Both the position numbers and the translations under genes were made by a program. The notes beneath the pieces are model-generated. The model did not search any database. It saw only the letters and a program-made list of their open reading frames with translations, and was not told where the DNA came from. A stretch of DNA of 64,000 nucleotides, taken from Tubulanus polymorphus (Eukaryota; Animalia; Nemertea). Of this stretch, positions 53,329 through 64,000 are shown piece by piece. The first letter of the stretch is position 1; the number at the start of each line of letters is the position of its first letter. The stretch is from positions 27,376,150-27,440,149 of the forward strand of contig NC_134026.1 in assembly GCF_964204645.1 (NCBI RefSeq). Direction: 5' to 3'.

Positions 53329-56300
53329 TCAGGTATAGCTGTGCACGTTGAGGAATTGAGATTTTTCCAATTCATCAATTCTCGATGATGAAGGAACACG
53401 ACTTAATGAAGGTCCCGGTATCATATGTATACGCTGTAGTCTGTGTAAATGTAATATAGTCGCAACAACAACCATAACAAAACATAGAAGCAGTACGTAT
53501 TGGTTCAAATATAAGGTTTTACTTTTCCATACTGACTTAGCATGTTGAAATTTTTGCTGCTGAATCTCCCTAATGAAAATAAACAAAACACATTAAGAAG
53601 GCGATTAAGTGGTAGATTGAAGAAACGACTGAAACTTATGAGATCATTTACCTGAGAGGAAAGTACCTAGTTCTGTAAAGAAGAGCACCGAGAGTCCACT
53701 GAACTTCTTTGCCATCAATAAGTTGCACTGAATTGAATTTATTGTAATTCCGTGGAAATTTAAAGCCCCCATGTAACACCTGGACTATCCATGCAGACTT
53801 GAAACATTGGAACCTGAAAAATGTTGACAAATAAAAAAAATAGTAAAAGCAAATAGTCTAATGAAGCTTATCCAACACCTGTGCAATATATCATTAACAA
53901 CACCTGTACAAACTGCCGCCACCCGAAGCCAGTTTCACTGTAGTAGGTTTATAATGATTACGAGTTCTAATTTTCTCAAAAATGGAAACCCAACACTACA
54001 TCATTTCATTGAAATATGAACTGTCAATGAATACGCCTATCCCAGTGAAACAATTAATGTGAGGAATGTTAAAAAAATATAATGTGCATTAGCAGTGAAC
54101 ATGTCATTGCATTTCTAATATATGATACAAATGATCAGTTCGGTCTTGAATTTAGTTTTGTGGAAGACAAAAAATCAACATGCAAATCTTTCTGATACCT
54201 TTTTAAGGTTATATAATGCTCATTAAAATGCTTCTCAATAGACTTGCGAAACCAATTTTCATTGTCCCTTGAAATTCATGAAATTATCCTCAATTACCGT
54301 ACGATTCATTACTGGACCCATCTCTATTTCTAATTCTAACACCATATTCAGGAGATTGAGAATATCGGTAAATACAATTCAAATTCTTATTCACTTAAAC
54401 AAAATTTTATTTGCACAAGGTACAGTACTGGTTAGTCTGCTTTTGTGAATATATAAATGATTGATAAATTACTTACTGAAACCTAGCTGTATCAGCCTTC
54501 GGAAACAACCGTTTCCTATACCAGGCCTCTAGCACTGGCCACTTTGTAGTGCAATAATCCTTAAAAGGCAAACTAAGTACATGTACATACCAATAAAAAT
54601 TTAATTTGATTCAATTTCAATTTTGAACACTCTCTACTAACTTTAGCTGATTTGATAAATTTAGCATAATTGTAATGCCCAGCCATACGTAAGAGATCAT
54701 CCATTGTGTAGAAGTATTCTGAAAATCCATAGAATTCTGTAGATTCAAAGTCAATCTCAGGCTGATACACTCCATTCATAGAACAGATATTCGACGAGCA
54801 AGTTCCTGTGCTATTCAATAAAGGTCTCAATTTTTGTTGGCAACTGATGTAATCTCCAGAGCCTTTTAAATGGTAGATTTTTCTTTTGAGATTCACCACT
54901 TGCTCCAAGTTGACTGGGAGACATGGATCAAATATTGGGGAGCTTCTGGAGCTACCAATGAATACACGTGTGCCATTTTCAATTACTGTCAATCTACAAA
55001 TAGATAAATAAATGTACATTGTCACCTGTATTTGCAAATTCATCAGCAATCCATATCAAAGCTTACTTTGCTTGAACAGCTTCATTGATGATCAGTTCTT
55101 CATATCTCTGTCTGGCCGAATTGGCACCAAACCCCAAGAAAGTAGTTACATACACCCTGTAGTTGTGGTCATCATCAGAATTTTTACAGCCCAAATTGAA
55201 ATCTGCTATGAGGTTCTTGTTTACAATGGGCTAAAAAAGAATTCGTATATTTCATAGCAAAGAAAATACTAGAATATGCAAAAGGTATAAAATAAACCGG
55301 TTATCGAACAAACCTGGTCAGATCCAACTGATTTTGGAATTTCAAAAGCTATCTGGACTGATCCTCCACCCATGTCAATAATGCCAACAGTTCTTTTGCG
55401 TCTGTGTTTACCAGTGTCAGGTGAGTGCATCATAACTTCAGTTTCTGAAATTGAAATTTTTAATGTTGGTTTAGATGTGTTTGTTAAGTACGAAAATATT
55501 ACAAAACTTATTTCACTGAATCAAGCGAATCAAGTCTCAATATCAAATGTTGATCAAAGGTTAAGGATAAATCCATGCGTTTAAAAGCCATAATTCCAGA
55601 TACAATAGCAAAATACAGTCAACCCTGCAAAAGTCATCATCGAATTAATCGTATCATCACATCTCTCGAATGATTATTTTGGTCCCCATTTTTTTCTTCT
55701 TTAAACCTTATCAAATTAAAAATTATGCTTATAACTTGTACTTCATGAGTCCTATTTTCACTTAAGTCGTATGAATTTTAGAAGCCAAATCTTCTGATTC
55801 CATTCATAAAACCTCGCGTAAGTCGTAGCCCGTATCCCAGCAGCAGATAAAAATACACTAAAATATTGTCTGAGTAAGTGTTTAAACAATAACAATGTAA
55901 CATTTTCGTGATGTTGTCTGCGTGGTGCACATGGCAGCTTTAATTGATTGATTGAGGCTAGATTTCAGCGATATAGGATCTGCACTGTCAGCTCAGTATA
56001 CGACCGGGAACATGGTGAACCATGCTGGAATCTGAGCGTCGTATATATTGTATTTTCACGGGTTATTCGTATAAAACCACAACTTATAGATAACTCATAA
56101 AAATAAGACTTACACGTGACTCGTACAACAACACGTAAGTCGTAGAAAAATCGTCAGTCCCGAGGGCTACGACTTATGCAGGGTTGACTGTATGAGTGCA
56201 TTGATTTTTGGAGAGAAGTGCTGCATAAGTATAGGTTTTAGCAGAAAAGTGTTTACTGTCAGCTGTGATACACGTAACTGAAGTAGGCCTAACAGGTTAA

Positions 56301-57744
56301 TCAACTCGACACAGAACACGATCAGTTGTCAATACAGTATGATAACAGTCATAACAGCCACAGCAATAGACAAAAGAATACCAGTAAGTTGAGTTCATAA
56401 TAAAAGTTTAAATCAAAATCATCCTGATATCTATAGCTGATCCTTAGCAAACAGAAATTAGGTCTATAGTGACCAAGAGTAAAAAACCTTCTTGCACATA
56501 GAAACAAAAAAGTTTTTTATGATTCTTACCATTTTCCTCAGTACTACATGGTTCTGAAGAAAAAAATCATTTAAAAAATCTTACCAGTTACAATGATTAA
56601 ACACGATAAGAAATCAATCACCAAGCAAGCAAGTGGATTGAAACAGATAGCTTAAACATGCCACTATTTCATTTCATACATTACCATGTTCAGGTCGTGA
56701 GCCTAAGGTGGATTTAACATGCTATTAACTAGTAGTTTGAAATCTGATATCAAAGATTCATTGCCTTATGAAGGGAAAAAACGTAAGGATAAGGAAATTT
56801 TCTTAAAGTTAAAAAGATTACAAATATGACCACAAAATTTAACTCACCTCCTTCATGATGAAATCGACCTAGAACATTATTTGTAGCAATCCACGCATAA
56901 ACTCCTTCCTGTTTACCACTAATAATCTCTACATGTTCATCGGTAAAAAGGAAATCAAAATTCATCTTAATTTCCAGTCGAACATTTTCCATTATTTTCT
57001 GCTGAGCACTGAAATAATAGAGAAATCCCATTACAAGTGACAGTATGTATGTATCATTTCTATCATTACTAAGCACATTTTTGATAGAATATTTGTATTC
57101 GAACTTACCTCTCTGAGATCATTCTCATACCAGCAGTAGCCAGCACATAAACTGGTGTTTCCCTATGCTTAGATTTAGGTACATGATTCGCAGCGTAAGT
57201 GAGCAATGGGCGAATATATTGACCGACTTCTGCGGGATTCTTGCTGAAACTAGATAGTCCTACAAAACAGACACCACATTTTCCTTAAAACATGTTTTTG
57301 TTTTCCAGTGAGAATACCAACAGCTATTATAGGCTACAAACCTGGGTTCACTTTTTTCACTACAGGCTGGAAGTCTTTATCTACTACTTGGTCAATATTT
57401 AATAAATCCTTAGGATTTCCATCATGTGTAGGCCAGAAATAGACAAAGATTCTACTACCACTGCTCCCAGCATCGACAACAATTCCATAATGCTGATTAG
57501 GATTATCAAGGTCAGTTGGCCGAAGTGTTCCTGTCTTTTTCTTATATGAATGTTTATGGCCTGGAGCCAAGTGTTTGAATTGAGCCGTAAAATCAAATCT
57601 GTAGATGACGATCATGAATAAGACCATGCCCATAGCTACTGTAGCCAAGAAGACTATTGGCGTCCTACCGTTACATCTCCAACCATTCATTATTGAAGAA
57701 CATCGAATATACCATGACTCCGATAACAATTTCTTATCAACCAT
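53329..57744 (-). CDS. ENTPD4: Ectonucleoside triphosphate diphosphohydrolase 4/7-like (Golgi/lysosomal apyrase), multi-exon
   Basis: N-terminal TM, ACR1 YGIVVDAGSSGSR, ATAGMR, IISGKQEGVYAW, DMGGGSVQ, LGFGAN, FYGFSEYFY, QWTLGALLYRTRYFPLR and a C-terminal TM. ENTPD4 versus ENTPD7 cannot be resolved. Confidence 0.92.
55616..56190. mobile_element. Tc1/mariner-pogo-type MITE in an ENTPD4 intron
   Basis: TA-CAGTCAACCCTGCA(A)AAGTC ... GACTT(A)TGCAGGGTTGACTG-TA. TA target duplication and internal TAAGTCGTA repeats. Confidence 0.85.
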
Positions 57745-58371
57745 GGATCTGAAACATTTGTCAGATGACATTCAATCAGACATATAAGAACAATAGGTCC
57801 TACCTTCATTGAAATAAATTAAAATGAATGGTAGAGAGCCTTGAGTGGCTAATCTACTACAATGACTATGACAAATATTCACCGTGTTGAAGGAAGCATG
57901 TTGTTCTTATTAAATCAGACTTCTTCAAAATCAATCATGAGATTCGGGTTAGGACAGGGGCAGGGGGACGCGATGCTTCGATACTCAAACGAAATCGATC
58001 GTGTCGTAGTAGTAGTAAGGCCAACCTTAAAACCTTCTCCTCAGTCGAATCCAGCTGCTGATGAATCTCCTGCCCTCATTTTGACACCTTAACAACCAAA
58101 CACTACACTGTCACCACATTTTCATTCATCGTGCCGTGTTGATCCTTGGTTTCAAGTTAAAACTTGACGTGTACCCGGAAGTAAATTGGTGTCGTAAATC
58201 AATGGGAAAATATAAGATTTTCTACAGTAATTTGAAAACAATCGAAATTTTTATTCAATAAATTGTATCTATCTTTAAAGAATGTTATATATGCATTATG
58301 AATTTTTGAAAAATTAATATTTCTCAAAGATTTGTCCATTAATAACGTAAAGTGGTCGGTGTAATTCAATC

Positions 58372-59791
58372 ATGGCGGCTGAAGATGTCCAAGTAAAGCT
58401 TTGCATACAAGAATTAGTCAAATTAGATCTCCAATTAAAGGCTGTCATTCAGGTGAGTAAAACCTATTTAAGGGAATCAGTAGATATATCAATTTATTCC
58501 TAAACTGAGTTGTTTTGAATCATAATGTCTACTCTATCGATGAATTACTTTGCTCAGACTAGTCGCCCCAGTAGATGGCGCCATCAGCTGGAGTCCTCAT
58601 TGTCGGGCTTTAATCTTATTGTCGGTTAATCGCTATTTATTGCAGGATATCCGAGACTGCCCTGGACCAACTGATCAGTTAAATAAATTGAACGACAATG
58701 CACGGGAAAGAATGCAAGCACTGCGTAACAGAATTATCGTAAGAATGATATGTTGACAACCTTATTTACTCGCGACACTGCTCTCTCTTCCTGTGAAGTG
58801 ATTTTTTATTGAATTTTCTTTTTAAGGAACTTGAGTATATGGGTAAAGAACAAGAAAGAGAAACCGAAAAAATTGCAATTCTCAAGAATGCAGAAAACTA
58901 TAAGAAACAACTGTCTAGGTAAGGTGACATACTAAGATGATCTCCGCCAATTTTTTTTCTTTCTATTGTCTCTTCATTTTTTAAATAACTTGTGAATTTG
59001 ATTCCTTCCTTTTTCAAAGCATGCAGGTGTCGCTGAGAAAAGCAAATCTCACTGCTCAACTAACAATTGACAAACAAGAAAAAAATGAACTGATAACATT
59101 GAGCGATGGAGCACGAAACAGGTATTAGTTAGTCTCTTGAAACTTAGCCTTCTCTTTGATTTCTTCATCAATTTGACATATGTCAACCAAAGCCTTGACT
59201 TCTTTCGCAATTTGTGTTTATCACCTTTTTAGGCAGAAGTCAAACAAAGAAGGTCTTGCAAAAAGGGCGAATGATATAACCGAAAATTTAATGAGCTTAA
59301 GTCGTACAATGTCATCACAGGTGAAGCGGAGTGAAAATACAATGGGAACGCTGTGTATGTATTTTATATGTCAATTCCCATTAATGAAATCTCAGTAGAG
59401 CAAATATATCTAGTGTATATGAATGATGTGCCATCGCAGTCAATGATTTTCAATGTTCATATCACTTATACCTGTTACTTAGTTACAGCAGGAAAGCCTT
59501 TTGAATTAATTGCGTAGTGTCATTGGCTTGTAGTAACTGTACGAGTCAAGTACTGTAGTGTCGAGTAAAATGATGGAATTGTGTTTCTGTTTTGTAGTGA
59601 CTTCATCGAGGCAAATAACCGATACACATGAGGAATTTAAAGGAATGGGCGGACACGTGACTCAATCTCGTAAATTACTCACTAAATACAATAGGAGAGA
59701 ATTTACCGATAAATTGTTGATTTTTTTGGCTCTTGTTTTCTTTTTCTCAACTGTTTTATACATTATGAAGAAGCGACTATGGCCGTCTTGA
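58372..59791 (+). CDS. BNIP1: Vesicle transport protein SEC20/BNIP1, 6 exons
   Basis: MAAEDVQVKLCIQELVKLDLQLKAVIQ/DIRDCPGP, SLRKANL, ITENLMSLSRTMSSQV and SRKLLTKYNRREFTDKLLIFLALVFFFSTVLYIMKKRL. Confidence 0.95.
58568..58581 (+). promoter_or_regulatory. CTCF-like motif in BNIP1 intron 1
   Basis: CCAGTAGATGGCGC matches the CTCF core CCASYAGRKGGCRS. Confidence 0.5.
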
Positions 59792-61182
59792 TATCGCGAA
59801 TGAATGTTTTTGTTCGTTTATGTCTGATGTTCGAGTTGCTTGTATGTGCTGATTGATTGTGCAATAAAAGATCGTTCTATGTTCATGTATAATGTATTCG
59901 GTGTTGTTTTTATCGGCGGAATTATACTGAGCTCCAAAATGAACCCTCTCTCAAATAAGATGACTGAACGAACTATTGAACAAGCAAAAGATTTATTTAA
60001 ATCATTTCGACAAAAAGAATCAAATACATGTACATATATAAAAGATAGTTGGATCGTGCGTCGAGTAATGCAGAATCGGAAATTTATTCGTTATAAATCT
60101 GGCCACGAAAATCAGTTTGGGGCTGTCCATAAAGACGTCGAAACGAGGGGGTTAGTGTGTGGACATGGGGAGGGGTCAACATTTTGTGTAGACGGCCTTG
60201 GTGAACAGCTTTCGCTGTGCATATGTATATATATACATTATGTAATGACCGTTCGAACTTTCTCATGGAGAAAATCTATTCATATAAAAAATACCACTAC
60301 TGATGAACGATGCTAACTATATATAGTTGACGAACTAATGAGGTCCCTAATAATACCAACGCACGCACGCACTGCACTCTTACACACCATCTATATTTGC
60401 ACCAACATTCAGGCGTCGTTATTCGAAATGTATGCAGATTTATACTTCAAAAAACATCCAATGCATGTATATATGTAAAATGCAAGTGATTTGGTCTAGT
60501 GCAATGAATAATACATTTATTGCTCTTCACGTGATAAACGAGAGGTATTCATCTATTGGATTATACACAGATGTCTCATAAAAATCAGAGCTACATTTGC
60601 TTAAGCCGCATTATAGTTGGTACTCAAGGCAAAATCTATCAAAAAAACTATATGAAGTCGAATAAAGATAGAAATCATATCAGTGTAAAGAAATATACAT
60701 ATAAACGTATGTACTAATACATAATTAATGATAGACATTTCCTTAGTTAGATGTCCATAAGATAAATCTTTATTGGATCCATATCGCAATTACTTCGTTT
60801 ACATGTCACTAGACACGATGCCATCGATATACGTGTACGTGTTACTATTAATCAGTCAGCTTTTTTTCCAGGTGGGATTACAATATTATGGGTATCAGGA
60901 TGATACATAACAAGGAAATACAAACATTTCATCATAAAGAAAAATTACAAAATATATAACACGCGCCGAAAAAAAATCAGTCTGAATCATGGTGGGCGGT
61001 CGTCTAATTCCAATAGTTGTTCACCGGTTAAACTTATAAACTACATGCCAGGCAACGGCTACGCTGAGTTCATCACTTTTTACTGCGCTGGACTCAAGTT
61101 CAGGTGGTTTAGAACCATCGTCATCATCAGTTTCAAATTGTTCGCGAGAAGGAACCGGTGGCGGCCCATTCCCTAACTCTAG

Positions 61183-62178
61183 TCAGCTATTTTTCGGTTC
61201 ATTCAATTCTGGCTGCGTTGATTCGTTTATGGAATGTAAGCCAACATGGTTCTCAGAAACAGAATTCTTCAAATGGTTTCCACCGGATTCTGTTTCTTTG
61301 ACGTCTATGACATGAATTCGGTTTCGTCCCCTGCGGGCCTGTTTCACGGTTCCAGAAGTGGGTTGTCTCGGAAGACTCTGAGCTTCGCTTTGTTCTACCT
61401 CCAGGCGTTTTTCCTTCAGTTTAGCAGTGGATTGGGCGTACGAGTAAAATAGAGCGAAATTATTCACTATAATGGGAACAGTTAATGCTATGATAAGCAC
61501 ACCAGAACCAGCGCATAGGGCGCCGACCAATTTTCCGTAAGCAGTAACCGGGGTAACATCTCCGTACCCGACCGTTGTTATTGTAATCAATGCCCACCAA
61601 AATGCTGCCGGTATACTCGAGTACTTAGGGTTATATTTGTGTTCCGCATAAAATCCCAGGGAGGCAAATATAACAACGGCTATCACTAATATCACGACCA
61701 ATAATAGTAATTCTCTCAGACTTGCCCCGAGAGTGTGTAGCAAAATCTTTAAAGCCCTGAACTGTTTAGCCAACGAAAATATCCGCAAAATACGAGACAC
61801 TTTGAATACCAGGAGTATATCAATGATAGTTGGTGTCACTGTTTTATTGGGACACTGAACTAGGAGCACCAGTCCCAAATAGTAAGGTACTATCGACAGA
61901 GCTTCGATAATACCAAACGGTGATATGATATACTTGAGCCGATGCGGCGCCACCACAATCTTTGTCACAAATTCTATCAAGAAGATTACGTTAACCAAAT
62001 TATCAATGATAAACAGTGCCTTCATTGGTACCGTATCATCTAAGATATGTATATCTCCACAACTTCCTCCACCGTCCGTTGAGTTTTTATCGTATGTTAC
62101 TCCCAGCTCAGGTACTGTCTCCAGACAAAATACGATTATGGAAATCGTGATCAGTACGATAGTCAGCCAGGCATAAGC
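61183..62178 (-). CDS. Voltage-gated K+ channel, Shaw/Kv3-like; last coding exon only (S1-S6 and tail)
   Basis: Acceptor TTTTTCAG at 62179, then ISIIVFCLET, S4 FKVSRILRIF, ASLREL, pore FWWALITITTVGYGD and S6 ALTVPIIVNNFALFY. T1-domain exons were not found in the window. Confidence 0.9.
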   Translation of the reverse strand, partial: AYAWLTIVLITISIIVFCLETVPELGVTYDKNSTDGGGSCGDIHILDDTVPMKALFIIDNLVNVIFLIEFVTKIVVAPHRLKYIISPFGIIEALSIVPYYLGLVLLVQCPNKTVTPTIIDILLVFKVSRILRIFSLAKQFRALKILLHTLGASLRELLLLVVILVIAVVIFASLGFYAEHKYNPKYSSIPAAFWWALITITTVGYGDVTPVTAYGKLVGALCAGSGVLIIALTVPIIVNNFALFYSYAQSTAKLKEKRLEVEQSEAQSLPRQPTSGTVKQARRGRNRIHVIDVKETESGGNHLKNSVSENHVGLHSINESTQPELNEPKNS

Positions 62179-63861
62179 CTGAAAAATAAATCACACAAAA
62201 TCATAATCTGAAAATACAATGTATACCGGTATATGAAAATACAAAATTACCAATTGGAAAATAATCGCAAACAGAATAATTAACTGTGGCATTTTTTTCA
62301 AGATTAGTACGCTATAAATATAATGAGGGATTTTGGATTATTCAAATTCGACCTAAGTATGAATCATTTATGAATATAAACTGTATCTAGACCGCATTTA
62401 AACAATCATTCAGATAAAGTATGAAGTCGCACATGTTATACGACTCTGAACTCAAAAATGAGAGGACTTGAGAGAATCAACCATTTTGTAGTTTTCACCA
62501 GGTTTATTGACCAGTGAAAGTTGAATACCGCTTTGGATTTTTCTTCCAAGTTTTTCATTGATTGTTATGTTTTCGTGTATTTCACCTGGGCGACGGTACG
62601 CGATATATTGACAAAAATTCAGTTTTTCTATCGATTCTCCCAACGTAATAAGATATCATTTGAATATTCATAAGAACTTATAGCACAAATTCCATATCGA
62701 CATGTGTATATTCGAACAGACTGGATGGAGTTGATAAGGTATTACAGAGTTTTGCTGACTGTGTAGCTATGGCAACTTTCATCCTACCCGATACAACGTT
62801 GTCAAGTTGAAGCTTCAATTATAGCTATGTTTTGAATCACTTCAAATGTTTAAAATAACTGAAGAACTCGATAAGAGGGTACATTGAGAGACGCCTTCTT
62901 GAATGTCTATATTTAATACAGCACTCTATGCGGGACATCATCGGGATTTCCGGTGAAATTTCCATCAATAATATATGATTAAGCCAATTTCTTTTTTCTG
63001 AGGTGAAACATCGGCCGTTGTTCCATTGAACTATATACTTTTTCACACAAGTGAATCATTTTATGTTAATAGTTTCACGCATTTCTCATTTCGTCAATGA
63101 TACATATCGAAACATTTTCATAATTTATGCGAACGTAAACGTGATTCGGGCCATTTACATTTTAGAATCCCACTTATCATGAATTGTCTATTTTTGTTGG
63201 TCTCTTATCGAGAGGAGGGGTAGCCTTGTGCTACTTATCTTTTAGCTTTTTGACACCAAACCACATTACCAAGACAACATAATTACGGCACGAGCGTTTT
63301 CTGATGAAATCGGAAAAGTTATTGATCGCACATACGTTATGTATCGAAACAAATGGTGCTAATGCCACGCCACTTACACTGAATTTTCTAGTGGGTAGTT
63401 TTTTAAAACGTGTTTGTGAAGACATTGGTTATGTAAATGGCGTGACAGGATGAGCTTTTCATCTTTAGTTTCGCGATTTCACCCGAATCAAAATTAGATA
63501 GGTATTTTTGCGCACATATGAAGCTATCCGAATAATGAAAAAATACATGCTGCACAGAAAAAACTGCAAGTTTAAACTTGTGCAAAGAGCTCACGGCAAT
63601 TCTCACATGGTTTTTCTTTTTAAATTTTCTATAAGAAAAGATAAAGATGATTCCATGTAGAACAGAAGTTACATGCATTTAAAAATGTGCGAGCCAACGC
63701 CATTTAAAAGCAGTCAAGGTCAAGCTTAGATACATACCTTCGCCAATTTACTCATCTGGAAAATCAGAGGGATTTGTTTTTTGTGAGATGTTTTTATGAT
63801 ATTTAGAAAGTTCAAAAATTACAACATTTCCATCTTGATACTGATTTTTTGTTCGGTCGAG

Positions 63862-63887
63862 TTATATATATATATATATATATATAT
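63862..63887. repeat. (TA)n microsatellite
   Basis: About 12 TA units read directly. Confidence 0.9.
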
Positions 63888-64000
63888 CAAAAAATCATTA
63901 AAATACATTCGCATGTGACTGAAACCATTCAGCAATAGAAGACCATGGTATCAATTTAATTATTTATGCGAAAACAGCTCATAGTTACTCAATATGTACG

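Noticed and set aside
59840-60316. 158-aa ORF downstream of BNIP1, and similar short ORFs across 18-44 kb
   Set aside because: Often non-ATG starts, no recognisable motifs or consistent splice structure, and located in UTR or intergenic sequence.

Overview
AT-rich, intron-containing animal genomic DNA with mostly 60-140 nt introns. It is probably an invertebrate bilaterian (a lophotrochozoan is my guess; the sequence does not prove it). Most ORF-track entries are exon fragments or noise, so gene models were built by hand from splice signals. Gene order: RPP30 (+, 5' end outside window), LMAN2/VIP36-like lectin (-), an unannotated-looking 5-exon secreted-protein gene (-), a TRPM channel (+) with a 2-kb foldback transposon in one intron, Nkx6 (-) in a large non-coding region, two tandem class C GPCR exons followed by only one 3' exon (+), ENTPD4/7 (-) head-to-head with BNIP1/SEC20 (+), and the last exon of a Shaw/Kv3-like K+ channel (-). 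Best leads: (1) the 273-aa secreted protein has the 1-0-0-0 intron phases and helix pattern of IL-6/LIF/CNTF-type helical cytokines; (2) two intact GPCR 5' exons appear to share one terminal exon; (3) the K+ channel ends in a TGA-CTAG readthrough motif followed by 53 open codons; (4) an IS3EU-like foldback element is built from E2F-site arrays; (5) a tRNA-like fold lies in an intron of an RNase P subunit gene. All calls are by eye; no searches were run.
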